From: a bacterium | Lineage (GTDB): Bacteria > Bacteroidota > Bacteroidia > Bacteroidales > UBA932 | Length of the DNA: 60,194 nt | NCBI GenBank assembly: GCA_963619595.1 | Contig: CAVEYE010000042.1 | Location: forward strand, 1 to 60,194 | Direction: 5' to 3' | Shown: positions 1 through 9,844 of the stretch, in pieces | How positions within the stretch are numbered: position 1 is the first letter of the stretch | How the letters are laid out: every line of letters begins with the position of its first letter | Translations under genes and position numbers: made by a program | The notes under the pieces: model-generated | The model's database searches: none | Seen by the model: the letters and a program-made list of their open reading frames with translations, nothing else | Told to the model about the DNA's origin: nothing

Positions 1-54
1 CCCACGACCCCGAGATTACAAATCACGTGCTCTGGCCAACTGAGCTACATCGGC
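1..54 (-). tRNA. tRNA-Thr(UGU), 3' end truncated by window edge
   Basis: Reverse strand reads GCCGATGTAGCTCAGTTGGCCAGAGCACGTGATTTGTAATCTCGGGGTCGTGGG; D-arm, anticodon loop TT-TGT-AA. Confidence 0.93.
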
Positions 55-90
55 GGTATTTCAATGAATCTCCCTTTCACAAAGGGATTG

Positions 91-121
91 CAAAGGTAGG
101 CATTAAAATGGATTTTCCAAA
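91..121 (-). promoter_or_regulatory. Bacteroidota sigma70-type promoter for tRNA-Thr
   Basis: Minus strand TTTG (121-118), 19 bp spacer, TACCTTTG (98-91). Confidence 0.8.
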
Positions 122-131
122 ACTTTTTCAA

Positions 132-2000
132 TTATTTTTGGAATTCTTTGACGATCTCTGAATATATCCGCTCCGCGCTGAGCCCGCAGATGTCCCTCTG
201 GCGGTCGACCGGAGCCTGTGTTATGAAGCGGTCAGGCAGTCCCAGACCCTTCACGGAAACCCCGGGATGACGTGAGGCTGCATATTCACAGACCTCGCTG
301 TAGAGGCCGCCTTTGAGCGCTCCGTCCTCGAGGGTCAGGATGCGGCCGAAGCCCATCGCTTCTTCGAGGAGCGCCTCGTCGAACGGCTTGAGGAAGCGGA
401 CATTGTACACAGCTGGACTTTTTCCGGTTCCGCGTCTGATCCTTTCCGCGGCCTCAAGCGCACGGTTGACGACCGGTCCCGCCGCCAGCACGGCCACCCT
501 TTCCCCGTCCAGTAGTTTCTCGCCTTTGCCCGGCTCGATAGGTGCGGGATCGGCGTTTCTCCAGTCGACGCCTTCCCCCGTCCCGCGCGGATACCTTATT
601 ATAAGCGGCCCGTCTTTCAGACCTGTTCCTGAATATAGCAGCCGCTTCAGTTCGGTCTCGTCTTTCGGGGCGGCGATGATGACATTCGGGATGCAGCGCA
701 GCGCAGCCAGGTCGAAGGCTCCGTGGTGCGTGGCCCCGTCCTCGCCGACGAGTCCGGCCCTGTCAAGGCAGAGGACCACGTTAAGGTGCTGCAGCGCTAT
801 GTCGTGGATGATCTCGTCGTAGGCTCTCTGGGCGAAGGACGAGTAAATCACGCAGTAGGGTTTCATTCCTCCGGCAGCCAGTCCGGCCGCGAAGGTGGCG
901 GCGTGTTCCTCGGCGATCCCGACATCGAAGAACCTGTCGGGGAAGCGGGCCGCGAACTCGGCCATGCCGCTGCCCGTGGCCATTGCGGGAGTGATTCCGA
1001 CCACTTTCGGGTCTTTCTCGGCAAGTTCCACGAGAACCTTCCCGAAGACATCCTGGTAGCGGTCGGCCTTGTAGTTTCTGGCCGGACGGGCCCCGGTCTC
1101 AGGGTCGAACTTGCCCGGTGCGTGCCAGGTCGTCGGGTCGGCCTCCGCCGGGGCGTAGCCCTTGCCTTTGACCGTGAATGTGTGCAGAAGTTTCGGACCT
1201 TTTATGTCCCTGAGCCGCCGGAGAGTCTCAACTACCTTTGTGATGTCGTTGCCGTCGATGGGACCGAAGTACCTGAAGCCGAAGGCTTCGAACAGGTCTC
1301 CGCCCGAGCCGGTGACCAGTCCGGACTTTGCCTTGCGGACGGTTCTCTGGATCCATGCCCTGAGGCGTCCGGCCCCGAGCCTGTCCCAGATGTGTGTCTT
1401 GATCCGGTTGTAGGCCGGATCCGTGGTCAGTTTCAGAAGGTAGGAATGCAGGGCGCCTCTGTTGCCGTCGATGGCCATCTCGTTGTCATTCAGCACAACA
1501 AGCAGGTCGGTGTCCTCCTCTCCGGCGTTGTTGAGACCTTCGAGGGCGAGTCCCCCTGTCATCGCTCCGTCCCCGATCAGCGCCACGACCTTCTCGCCCG
1601 AACCGCCCAGCCTGGCGGCTTCAGCCATACCCAGGGCGGCCGAGATCGATGTGGACGCATGCCCGGCTCCGAAAGCGTCGTACTCGCTTTCGTCCCTGTT
1701 CGGGAATCCGCTGATTCCGTCCTCCATCCTGTTCTTTTTGAACGCTTCCCGCCTACCTGTCAGGATCTTGTGGGCGTAGGCCTGGTGGCCGACATCGAAC
1801 ACGATCTTGTCCTTGGGAGTGTCGAACACATAGTGCAGGCCGACGATGAGTTCCACCGCCCCGAGGCTTGAGGCAAGGTGGCCGGGGTTCTGTGAGCAGC
1901 ACTTCACGATGTAGTCCCGGATTTCCTTGCAGAGGGGAGCGAGTTCCTTTATGTCCAATCTCCTGAGGTCTTCGGGAGAATTTATATTTTCCAAAATCAT
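132..2000 (-). CDS. dxs: 1-deoxy-D-xylulose-5-phosphate synthase
   Basis: GHLASSLG, DVGHQAY, GDGAMTGG TPP motif, DVGIAEEH, DRAGLVGEDGATHHG, IRYPRG. Confidence 0.97.
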   Translation of the reverse strand: MILENINSPEDLRRLDIKELAPLCKEIRDYIVKCCSQNPGHLASSLGAVELIVGLHYVFDTPKDKIVFDVGHQAYAHKILTGRREAFKKNRMEDGISGFPNRDESEYDAFGAGHASTSISAALGMAEAARLGGSGEKVVALIGDGAMTGGLALEGLNNAGEEDTDLLVVLNDNEMAIDGNRGALHSYLLKLTTDPAYNRIKTHIWDRLGAGRLRAWIQRTVRKAKSGLVTGSGGDLFEAFGFRYFGPIDGNDITKVVETLRRLRDIKGPKLLHTFTVKGKGYAPAEADPTTWHAPGKFDPETGARPARNYKADRYQDVFGKVLVELAEKDPKVVGITPAMATGSGMAEFAARFPDRFFDVGIAEEHAATFAAGLAAGGMKPYCVIYSSFAQRAYDEIIHDIALQHLNVVLCLDRAGLVGEDGATHHGAFDLAALRCIPNVIIAAPKDETELKRLLYSGTGLKDGPLIIRYPRGTGEGVDWRNADPAPIEPGKGEKLLDGERVAVLAAGPVVNRALEAAERIRRGTGKSPAVYNVRFLKPFDEALLEEAMGFGRILTLEDGALKGGLYSEVCEYAASRHPGVSVKGLGLPDRFITQAPVDRQRDICGLSAERIYSEIVKEFQK

Positions 2001-2264
2001 AATTGCGAATTTACGACTTTTCCGACAATTTTGTATATTCGCACCCTGATTGAATATTTTTATAAATTTTTAGAATATTAATTTAAGTTTCGCATGTGCG
2101 AAACACCTTATTTCCCGTCACGGCAGTGACGGAGGGGATTTAGGGAGGGGGTAACGTGAGATGTTTTTTCTTGCGTGATACTCTTCGAACGTGAGATAAG
2201 GTACTTTGTCACAGGTATTTAGTTACTTGCGAAAGTTGAGATATTAATTAAAAAACATAGCGTA

Positions 2265-3632
2265 ATGGCTGAGAAATTACAAAAACTGATGAATGATTCG
2301 CCGGCCGCGAGGTGGACCGTTCTGGCCCTCGTGGCCCTGATGATGTTCTTCGCGTACATGTTCGTGGACGTGATGTCCCCTCTTAAGTCCTTGGTCGAGA
2401 GTGACTTGGGCTGGAACAGCGGTGTTTTCGGAAAGTATGCCGCCTCGGAGTACATCCTCAATGTCTGCGGTTTCCTGATCATAGCGGGCGTCATCCTTGA
2501 CAAACTTGGAGTCCGCTTCTCGGGTGTCCTTTCCGCAGGACTTATGGTTCTTGGAGCCGGCATAAAGTTCATCGGCATCAGCGATTGGTTCCAGGCGTCA
2601 TCGTTCGCCCAGTGGCTCGGCAGCTGGTGGGTGGAGATGCCTGCGAGTGCCAAGATGGCCTCCCTCGGTTTCATGATCTTCGGCTGCGGCTGCGAGATGG
2701 AAGGCACGAATGTCTCCAAGATTCTCGCCAAGTGGTTCAAGGGCAAGGAGATGGCCTTGGCTATGGGTCTTGAGATGGCCATCGCCCGTCTGGGAGTCTT
2801 CGGCGTGATGTGGATCGCCCCTCTGATCTCCGCGAAGTTCGACAATTCGGTGGTAGCCCCTCTGGGCTTCTGCGGGGCCCTGCTTGTGATCGGCCTGATC
2901 AACTTCATCATTTTCGGCGTGATGGACAAGAAGTTCGACAGCCAGCTTGTCGCCGCCGGACTTGCCACCGAAGAGAAATCCCCGGAGGACGAGTTCCACA
3001 TCAGCGACCTCGGAGCGATCTTCAAGAGCAAGATGTTCTGGATCGTGGCCCTGCTCTGCGTCCTTTACTACAGCGCAATCTTCCCGTTCCAGAGGTACGC
3101 TCCTAACTTCCTTGAGGAGACCCTCGGCATCGACGCGGCCTCGGCGGCCCGTCTGTTCAGCTGCTTCCCTATCCTCGCGATGGTCCTGACCCCTATTCTT
3201 GGAATATTCCTGGACCGTGTCGGCAAGGGTGCTTCGATGCTTATGGCCGGCTCCGTCATCATGATCGTCTGCCATCTCAGTTTCGCGTTCCTGCTGCCGC
3301 TTTTCCCGAGCAAGGCTTTCGCCCTTTTCCTCATCGTGGTTCTTGGAGTGAGCTTCTCGCTCGTGCCTGCGGCTCTCTGGCCATCAGTTCCTAAGATCAT
3401 CGACGAGAAGATCCTCGGATCGGCCTACTGCCTCATCTTCTGGGTCCAGAACATCGGTCTCTGCCTTGTTCCTATGCTCATCGGGTCTCTGCGCGAGTCC
3501 ACAGGCGGCTACACCGTGCCGATGATCGTGTTCTCAAGCTTCGGAGTGCTGGCGTTCATCTTCAGCCTTTACCTTAAGAAGGAAGACCGCGCCAAAGGCT
3601 ACGGCCTCGAACTTCCGAACATCCAGAAATAG
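2265..3632 (+). CDS. MFS transporter, MFSD1-like
   Basis: About 12 hydrophobic segments, GVILDKLGVR motif A, KWFKGKEMALAMG, ALWP..GSAY. Confidence 0.85.
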   Translation: MAEKLQKLMNDSPAARWTVLALVALMMFFAYMFVDVMSPLKSLVESDLGWNSGVFGKYAASEYILNVCGFLIIAGVILDKLGVRFSGVLSAGLMVLGAGIKFIGISDWFQASSFAQWLGSWWVEMPASAKMASLGFMIFGCGCEMEGTNVSKILAKWFKGKEMALAMGLEMAIARLGVFGVMWIAPLISAKFDNSVVAPLGFCGALLVIGLINFIIFGVMDKKFDSQLVAAGLATEEKSPEDEFHISDLGAIFKSKMFWIVALLCVLYYSAIFPFQRYAPNFLEETLGIDAASAARLFSCFPILAMVLTPILGIFLDRVGKGASMLMAGSVIMIVCHLSFAFLLPLFPSKAFALFLIVVLGVSFSLVPAALWPSVPKIIDEKILGSAYCLIFWVQNIGLCLVPMLIGSLRESTGGYTVPMIVFSSFGVLAFIFSLYLKKEDRAKGYGLELPNIQK

Positions 3633-3679
3633 TTTCCGGCGGTCTTTCCGCCCCGTCTTTTTAGACAAACAGAACTGCC

Positions 3680-4987
3680 GTGTCTGAATATTTACGGAAA
3701 TATTCCTGCTGGGTGGCGCTGGCGTGTCTGGTGGTGCCGATGTTCGCATCGTACTACTTCGACGACATGTTCTCCACCCTCTCCCACCTCTTCGAGAATC
3801 CGTCGATGCTCCAGCTTGGCTGGAACTCGGCGGATTACGGCCTCTACACCAGCGGTTACTCGGTCCTGTGCGTGTTCGGCGGCCTTGTGGTCTGCGGAAT
3901 CCTGCTTGACAAGTGGGGAGTGCGGATCACCGGCTCGATCTTCGTCGCGATGATGGCGGCGGGAGCGGGCCTGGTGGCATTCGCCATCACCTCCGGCCTG
4001 TCTCCGAAGACCTCTCTGGCCATAGCCTACACAGGATGTATGTTCTTCGGCCTCGGCAGCGAGATCGCCGGCGTGGCCGTCACCCGGTCCATAGCCAAGT
4101 GGTTCAAGGACGGGAATATGGCCTTCGCCATGGGGCTGCAGCTTGCGGTCGCCAGGCTTGGCACTGCCTTCGCCCTAGTCGTTTCCCCTTGCCTGGTGGC
4201 CCAGAAAGCGGCTGACCAGACATATTCATTGATGGAGACCGCCCGCCCGGCCTTCCTCGGTCTGGGTCTGATGGCGGCGGGCCTGCTTCTCTGGGCGGTC
4301 TTCGTGGCGATGGACGCCCGTTTCGACAGGCAGAAAGGCCTCAAGGACTCCCGGGAGACGGCGCAGGAGGACCAATTTCGTTTCTCCGATGTGCTGAAAC
4401 TCCTGAAAAACAAGAGGTTCATCGCCATAGCGCTGCTCTGTGTCTTCTTCTACAGCAGTGTCATCTCGTTCAAGAAATTCGCAACCGCCATCCTTATCCC
4501 GCGGTTCGACGTGCCGGTGGAGGCGGCCAGCTGGATGGTCTCGATGCTGCCTTTCGCGACGGTCATCTTCGCCCCTCTCTTCGGAATCCTTGTGGACAAG
4601 ATCGGCCACGGGACCCGCTGGATGCTTGTGGGAGCAGTCCTGGCGCTCATCGCCCACCTCACCCTTGCCTTCGCCCCGTCCGGAGTGCCGCTGTACGGCT
4701 ACCTCAGCATGGTGTTCCTCGGTTTCGGCTATTCCCTCGTCCCTGCGGCGATGTGGCCCGCGGTGCCGAGGATCGTCCCTGAAAAAGTGCTTGGTACTGC
4801 ATATTCATTAATATACTGGGTGCAGAATCTGGGGCTGATGACGTTCAAGATGCTCGCAGGAGGCATCCTTGCAGGAGGTCAGCCAGGCAGCGGCGCGGTG
4901 CGGGTCGAACTGATGTTCGTCGGAGTCTGCGTGGCCGCTCTTGTTCTTGCTTTCTCTCTTGACCGGCATTCCGGAGCGGCAGAGTGA
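3680..4987 (+). CDS. MFS transporter, MFSD1-like paralogue (GTG start)
   Basis: GILLDKWGVR, AKWFKDGNMAFAMG, AMWP..GTAY; colinear with the upstream MFS. Confidence 0.83.
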   Translation: MSEYLRKYSCWVALACLVVPMFASYYFDDMFSTLSHLFENPSMLQLGWNSADYGLYTSGYSVLCVFGGLVVCGILLDKWGVRITGSIFVAMMAAGAGLVAFAITSGLSPKTSLAIAYTGCMFFGLGSEIAGVAVTRSIAKWFKDGNMAFAMGLQLAVARLGTAFALVVSPCLVAQKAADQTYSLMETARPAFLGLGLMAAGLLLWAVFVAMDARFDRQKGLKDSRETAQEDQFRFSDVLKLLKNKRFIAIALLCVFFYSSVISFKKFATAILIPRFDVPVEAASWMVSMLPFATVIFAPLFGILVDKIGHGTRWMLVGAVLALIAHLTLAFAPSGVPLYGYLSMVFLGFGYSLVPAAMWPAVPRIVPEKVLGTAYSLIYWVQNLGLMTFKMLAGGILAGGQPGSGAVRVELMFVGVCVAALVLAFSLDRHSGAAE

Positions 4988-5018
4988 TTCCTTCTTTGCC
5001 TCCTTGCCGGCCGGGGCG

Positions 5019-5049
5019 TTTGCATTGACCGGGAAAATCACTATATTTG
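5019..5049 (+). promoter_or_regulatory. Promoter of the DAP operon
   Basis: TTTG (5019-5022), 19 bp, TATATTTG (5042-5049). Confidence 0.75.
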
Positions 5050-5118
5050 ACAATTCGAGCCGTCGCGGATGACGCACGGTTTGAACGGAGGGCCGAAAAC
5101 GGTCTCCAAGGAGGTGAA

Positions 5119-6180
5119 ATGGATTTTGACCTGTTTTTGAAAATGCTGGAAATCCGGTCGACTTCCGGCGAAGAAAGACACTTGGCGGAGTTCCTGAAGG
5201 AGCGTCTGCCGTTCGGTGGCTGTCCGGTTCTCTGCGATGAGGTGGGGGACGGGACGCTCAACCTGCTCTTCGACTGGTCAGGCACCGGAACACCGTCCTT
5301 CGTGTTCTGTACCCATATGGACACTGTCCCTCCGTACATTCCGCCAGCTGTGGTAGATGTCAGGAAAGGTGATGTCTTGCCGGACGGAGGTGTGGCGCGG
5401 GCTGACGACACGATGGTGCGGGGACGCGGAAGCTGCGACGCCAAAGGTCAGATCTTCGCGATGTACACCGCCTGCCGTCAGCTTTATGAAGAAGGCTGGC
5501 GTGATTTCGGACTCCTGCTGCTTTCGGGCGAGGAGACGGGCTCTTTCGGTGCCAAGGCTTTCACGAAGATGCGTCCCGGAGGCGGTTTCGTGCTGGTCGG
5601 CGAGCCTACTGACAACTGCCTTGTCTCGGCCAGCAAGGGTACTAAAGCCTTCGAGGTCACCGTCACCGGCAAGGCCTGCCATTCGGGTTATCCGGAGCAG
5701 GGGGAGAGCGCGGTGGAGCGTTTCGTGGACTTTATGGACGCCCTGCGCCTGGTCAGATTTCCCGAAGACCCGGTTCTCGGCCCCACCACCTACAATGTGG
5801 GCAGACTGGTCAGCGACAACCCGCAGAATGTCCTCAGCCCCGAACTGCGCTTCAGACTTTACTTCCGCACCACCTTCACCACGGACTCCCTGGTGGAGGA
5901 CATCCTTTCAGGATTATGCGGCCGCGGCCTTTCGTACAAGGCTTTCGGCGGCGATGAGCCTCTCCGCTATTTCCACGAGGTCGAGGGCATACCTTCGAAG
6001 GCTGTGGCTTTCGGAAGCGACGCTCCGAGGCTCACCGGTTTCCCGGGGAAAGCCATCTGCGGCCCGGGATCCATACTCACCGCCCACACTGACAATGAAT
6101 ATGTCCTGCGCTCGCAGCTTGAGGAGGCGGCCGGACGGGACGTGAGGATATTCAAGAAATATAACGAACTAAACAAGTAG
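5119..6180 (+). CDS. M20 family metallo-deacylase (ArgE/DapE-like), probable succinyl-DAP desuccinylase
   Basis: THMDTV, GRGSCDAKG, GEETG, GEPT and C-terminal AHT metal-ligand motifs; first gene of DAP operon; ATG 5119 lies downstream of the promoter. Confidence 0.8.
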   Translation: MDFDLFLKMLEIRSTSGEERHLAEFLKERLPFGGCPVLCDEVGDGTLNLLFDWSGTGTPSFVFCTHMDTVPPYIPPAVVDVRKGDVLPDGGVARADDTMVRGRGSCDAKGQIFAMYTACRQLYEEGWRDFGLLLLSGEETGSFGAKAFTKMRPGGGFVLVGEPTDNCLVSASKGTKAFEVTVTGKACHSGYPEQGESAVERFVDFMDALRLVRFPEDPVLGPTTYNVGRLVSDNPQNVLSPELRFRLYFRTTFTTDSLVEDILSGLCGRGLSYKAFGGDEPLRYFHEVEGIPSKAVAFGSDAPRLTGFPGKAICGPGSILTAHTDNEYVLRSQLEEAAGRDVRIFKKYNELNK

Positions 6181-6183
6181 ATT

Positions 6184-7542
6184 ATGATTGTGATGAAATT
6201 CGGCGGCACGTCCGTCCAGAACGAGGAGGCTATCGGGAGAGTCATCTCCATAGTGTCCGGCAGGCTGCAGGAGAAGCCTCTCGTGGTTGTCTCCGCTCTT
6301 GCGAAGGTGACAAGGCTTCTGTGTTCCCTGGCCGAGGAGGCCGAGGCACAGCACGAAGAGAACGTGAAAGGGCTTCTCGCCCAGCTGCGCGAGAGGCATT
6401 TCGCACTTGCGAAGCGGCTTTTGGCCGACAAGCCCAACCTCCTCGAGAACGCTGTCGAGGCTGTTGAGGACCTGATCGGCAGGCTTGAGACTTTTGTGGG
6501 CGGTGTCTGCCAGATCGGAGAACTTTCCCCGCGCAGCGAGGCCAGGATCATCTCCACCGGCGAGCTGCTCTCGTCCACGATCATAAGTTACGCTTTCAAC
6601 GCCAACGGCATCTCCTGCCAGTGGGTCGACGCGAGAAAGATGATCGTCACCGACGATAACTATCTTAACGCGCGTCCGGACCTTGAGGCCACCGAGTCCA
6701 ATGTCAGGAGGATCATCGGGATGGAGTCCAAGGGAGTCGACCTTGTCATCACTCAGGGCTTCGTGGCTTCGACTGAGTCCGGAGCCACGTCGGTTCTCGG
6801 TTTCGAGGGGTCCGACTACTCCGCGGCCATCTTAGGAATGGCTCTCGGAGCGGCCAGGGTCGAGATCTGGACCGATGTGGACGGTGTGAGGACGGCCGAC
6901 CCGAGGGTCGTGCCTGACACGAAGAAGATCGACGTGGTCTCCTACGAGGAGGCCGCCGAGATGGCCGTGATGGGAGCCAGAGTCCTCCATCCGCTGACCA
7001 TCGAACCGGCAAGGAAGAAGAACATCCCGATCAGGGTGCTGAATTCGCAGAATCCTTCCTGCGAGGGTACTTTCGTGGTCAGGGGGGACGAGGCTCCTGA
7101 CGGACCTAAGTCGGTGGCTTTCAGGGAGGATATTCTCTTCGTCAGGATAACGTCGTCCAAGCTGGAAGGTGTCACGAGCATGCTCGGGAAGGTTTTCGCG
7201 CCTCTTTACAAGGAACGCGTGCCGGTAGTTCTCGCCAAGGCGACCGAATCCGAGGTTGACCTCGTGATTCCGGAAGAGACCGAGGGCCTGCGCGAGGCCT
7301 TGTCCGAGATAGGGAAATGGGCTGAGGTCACGATGTACCGCGACAAGTCTTTCGTCTCCGTCATCGGCCGCAATATCGTCGGCTTCGAGGGTCTCGGTGA
7401 CAAGGTCATCAGCGTCTCCGGCAAGGTGCATCTCGCCAACGTGAGCGCCAACATGATGAGCGAGAGTTTCGTTATCGACCGCGACAGGCTGCAGGTGACC
7501 CTTGAAAGTCTGCACAACTATATATTCGGAAAAAATGCTTAA
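6184..7542 (+). CDS. lysC: Aspartate kinase
   Basis: MKFGGTSV, GSDYSA, IWTDVDG..TADPR, ARVLHP, ACT-like C-terminus. Confidence 0.95.
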   Translation: MIVMKFGGTSVQNEEAIGRVISIVSGRLQEKPLVVVSALAKVTRLLCSLAEEAEAQHEENVKGLLAQLRERHFALAKRLLADKPNLLENAVEAVEDLIGRLETFVGGVCQIGELSPRSEARIISTGELLSSTIISYAFNANGISCQWVDARKMIVTDDNYLNARPDLEATESNVRRIIGMESKGVDLVITQGFVASTESGATSVLGFEGSDYSAAILGMALGAARVEIWTDVDGVRTADPRVVPDTKKIDVVSYEEAAEMAVMGARVLHPLTIEPARKKNIPIRVLNSQNPSCEGTFVVRGDEAPDGPKSVAFREDILFVRITSSKLEGVTSMLGKVFAPLYKERVPVVLAKATESEVDLVIPEETEGLREALSEIGKWAEVTMYRDKSFVSVIGRNIVGFEGLGDKVISVSGKVHLANVSANMMSESFVIDRDRLQVTLESLHNYIFGKNA

Positions 7543-8209
7543 AGTGATCATCAGCGGCTACGGCCGTATGGGACATAATGTCGAGGAGGTCCTCAAGGCC
7601 AGGGGCATAGAGTGCGCCGGGACGAGCGAGGACATCACCTCGGTGGACAAGGCTCTGGCGGCGGAGTGCGTCTGCATCGACTTCACGACGCCGGACGCTT
7701 TCCGCGCGAACTACAGGTTCATCGCTTCTTCGTTCAAGGCCGCCGTGGTCGGCACCACCGGCTGGAATGACATCAAGGACGAGGTCGTGGCTTTTTTCGA
7801 GGCCCAGGGTACTCCCATGATCTACTCGTCCAACTATTCGGTGGGCGTGAATGTCCTTTCCGCCGCCGTCGAGGTGGTCTCGAAGTTTCTCGGCAAGGCC
7901 GGAGGCTACTCTCCTTACATAGTCGAGAAGCATCATATTCACAAACTCGACGCTCCTTCCGGGACGGCTAAATCCCTTGCCGCCGTGGTCGAGGGGGAGA
8001 TGGGCGTGAAGCCTGAGGTGGCTTCCGTCCGCGTCGGCGAACTCGCCGGAATCCACACCGTAGGCTTCGAGGGCTGCAACGACCGCATAACCATCGAACA
8101 CGAGGCGTTCTCCCGCAAGGGCTTCGCCGAGGGTGCGGTCGTCGCCGCGCGGATGACGGAAGGCCTCACCGGTGTTCACGAATTCAAGGAATTGTTTTTT
8201 AAAGGTTAA
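7535..8209 (+). CDS. dapB: 4-hydroxy-tetrahydrodipicolinate reductase
   Basis: GYGRMG, IDFT, VGTTG, EKHHIHKLDAPSGTA; overlaps the lysC stop. Confidence 0.95.
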   Translation: MLKVIISGYGRMGHNVEEVLKARGIECAGTSEDITSVDKALAAECVCIDFTTPDAFRANYRFIASSFKAAVVGTTGWNDIKDEVVAFFEAQGTPMIYSSNYSVGVNVLSAAVEVVSKFLGKAGGYSPYIVEKHHIHKLDAPSGTAKSLAAVVEGEMGVKPEVASVRVGELAGIHTVGFEGCNDRITIEHEAFSRKGFAEGAVVAARMTEGLTGVHEFKELFFKG

Positions 8210-8214
8210 CTGAT

Positions 8215-9084
8215 ATGTTGCTCAAAGGTTGTGGAACGGCTCTCGTCACCCCGTTCAAGGACGGCCAGGTTGATTACGAGACCTACGGAAAGCTGGTGGC
8301 CAGGCAGGTCGAGGCCGGGATTCATTTTCTGGTGCCGCTTGGCACGACGGCGGAGACTCCGTGCCTGGAGAACGAGGAGAAATGCGAGATCCTCAAACTG
8401 ACCAGACGGCTCTGCCCTGACAGACCGGTGGTAGCGGGAGTCGGAACGAACTCCCCGGCGGCCACGATCCGCAACATACGCCTTCTCGAGCCTTATGGGC
8501 CGGACGCCTTCCTCGTGGTCGTGCCTTTCTACAACAAGCCGACCCAGGTCGGGATCTATGAATATTTCAAAGCGGTGGCCTCAGCCACCTCGAAGCCGGT
8601 CATCGCCTACAATGTGCCGGGCCGCACAGGCGTGAATATGTCAGCCGAGACCACTCTCAAGGTGGCCTCGATCCCCAATGTGGTGGCGGTCAAGGAGGCT
8701 TCCGGCGACCTTGCCCAGATCGGCAGTGTCATAGCCGGCCGTCCGGATGGTTTCAGTGTCCTGAGCGGCAACGATGACCAGACTCTGGATGTCGTCAACG
8801 CCGGCGGAGACGGGGTGATAAGCGTGGTCTCCAACATTGCTCCGGAACTGATGGTCAAACTTCTGGACCTGGCTCTGGCTGGAAAGTCGGCTGAGGCCGA
8901 GGCCTTGAACGAGCGGCTTTACCCTCTGTTCAAAGCCTGCTTCGTCGAAAGCAACCCTATTCCTGTGAAGGCCGGACTCTCCCTTATGGGACTTTGCGGC
9001 GACGGGATGCGGCTTCCGTTGACCACCGCCTCGGAAACCACGAAAGAACTGATGAGAAAAGTCATTGATGATTTAGGAATATGA
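8215..9084 (+). CDS. dapA: 4-hydroxy-tetrahydrodipicolinate synthase
   Basis: [35 protein letters not shown]. Confidence 0.96.
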   Translation: MLLKGCGTALVTPFKDGQVDYETYGKLVARQVEAGIHFLVPLGTTAETPCLENEEKCEILKLTRRLCPDRPVVAGVGTNSPAATIRNIRLLEPYGPDAFLVVVPFYNKPTQVGIYEYFKAVASATSKPVIAYNVPGRTGVNMSAETTLKVASIPNVVAVKEASGDLAQIGSVIAGRPDGFSVLSGNDDQTLDVVNAGGDGVISVVSNIAPELMVKLLDLALAGKSAEAEALNERLYPLFKACFVESNPIPVKAGLSLMGLCGDGMRLPLTTASETTKELMRKVIDDLGI

Positions 9085-9842
9085 TGAAGTTCAATGAGTT
9101 ATGCCATCGCCTCGAGACCGGTGAGGTCCGGGTGGCGGAGAAAGTGGACGGACAGTGGAAAGTCAATGTCTGGGTCAAGGAAGTGATTCTCGAAGGGTTC
9201 AGAGACGGAAAAATGAAGGATCTGAGCGTGTCGGGATATTCATTCTTCGACAAGGACACTCTGCCGTTGCATCGCTTCTCTCTTGAGGACAGGGTCCGCA
9301 TAGTGCCGGGCGGCAGCAGCGTCCGCTGCGGGTCCTATCTCGCTCCATCGGTGATAATGATGCCTCCGTCCTATGTCAACATCGGCGCTTATGTCGACGA
9401 GGGGACGATGATTGACTCCCACGCCCTTGTGGGGTCCTGCGCCCAGATCGGGAAGCACGTCCATCTTTCGGCCGCCTCCCAGATAGGCGGAGTGCTGGAG
9501 CCGTCGGGAGCCCTGCCGGTGATTGTCGAGGACAATGCTTTCATCGGCGGCAACTGCGGAATCTACGAGGGTACGGTCGTGGGCGAAGGTGCTGTTCTCG
9601 GATCGGGTGTCATCCTGACCAAGGGTACCGCCATTTATGATGCCACGACAGGGGAGTTCGTTCCGAAAACAGCTGAGGGCCAGACTGTTGTCCCTGCGGG
9701 TGCTGTCGTGGTGGCGGGCAGCAGACCGATGACCAAAGGTCCCGGCGCGGCTGCCGGAATCCAACTTTACACCCCGGTCATCGTGAAGTACAGGGACGGC
9801 AAGACCGACGCTTCCGTCGAACTTGAGACGCTGCTTCGTTAG
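9081..9842 (+). CDS. dapD: Tetrahydrodipicolinate N-succinyltransferase
   Basis: [37 protein letters not shown], hexapeptide repeats. Confidence 0.92.
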   Translation: MMKFNELCHRLETGEVRVAEKVDGQWKVNVWVKEVILEGFRDGKMKDLSVSGYSFFDKDTLPLHRFSLEDRVRIVPGGSSVRCGSYLAPSVIMMPPSYVNIGAYVDEGTMIDSHALVGSCAQIGKHVHLSAASQIGGVLEPSGALPVIVEDNAFIGGNCGIYEGTVVGEGAVLGSGVILTKGTAIYDATTGEFVPKTAEGQTVVPAGAVVVAGSRPMTKGPGAAAGIQLYTPVIVKYRDGKTDASVELETLLR

Positions 9843-9844
9843 GA

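Noticed and set aside
4988..5118. Canonical lysine riboswitch before the DAP operon
   Set aside because: Only about 65 nt of leader and no conserved aptamer core
5047..5118. ORF-track N-terminal extensions (M20, rimM, rpsP, lptE, purE, GT5, ftsX)
   Set aside because: They overlap promoters or neighbouring genes; downstream ATGs match the family starts
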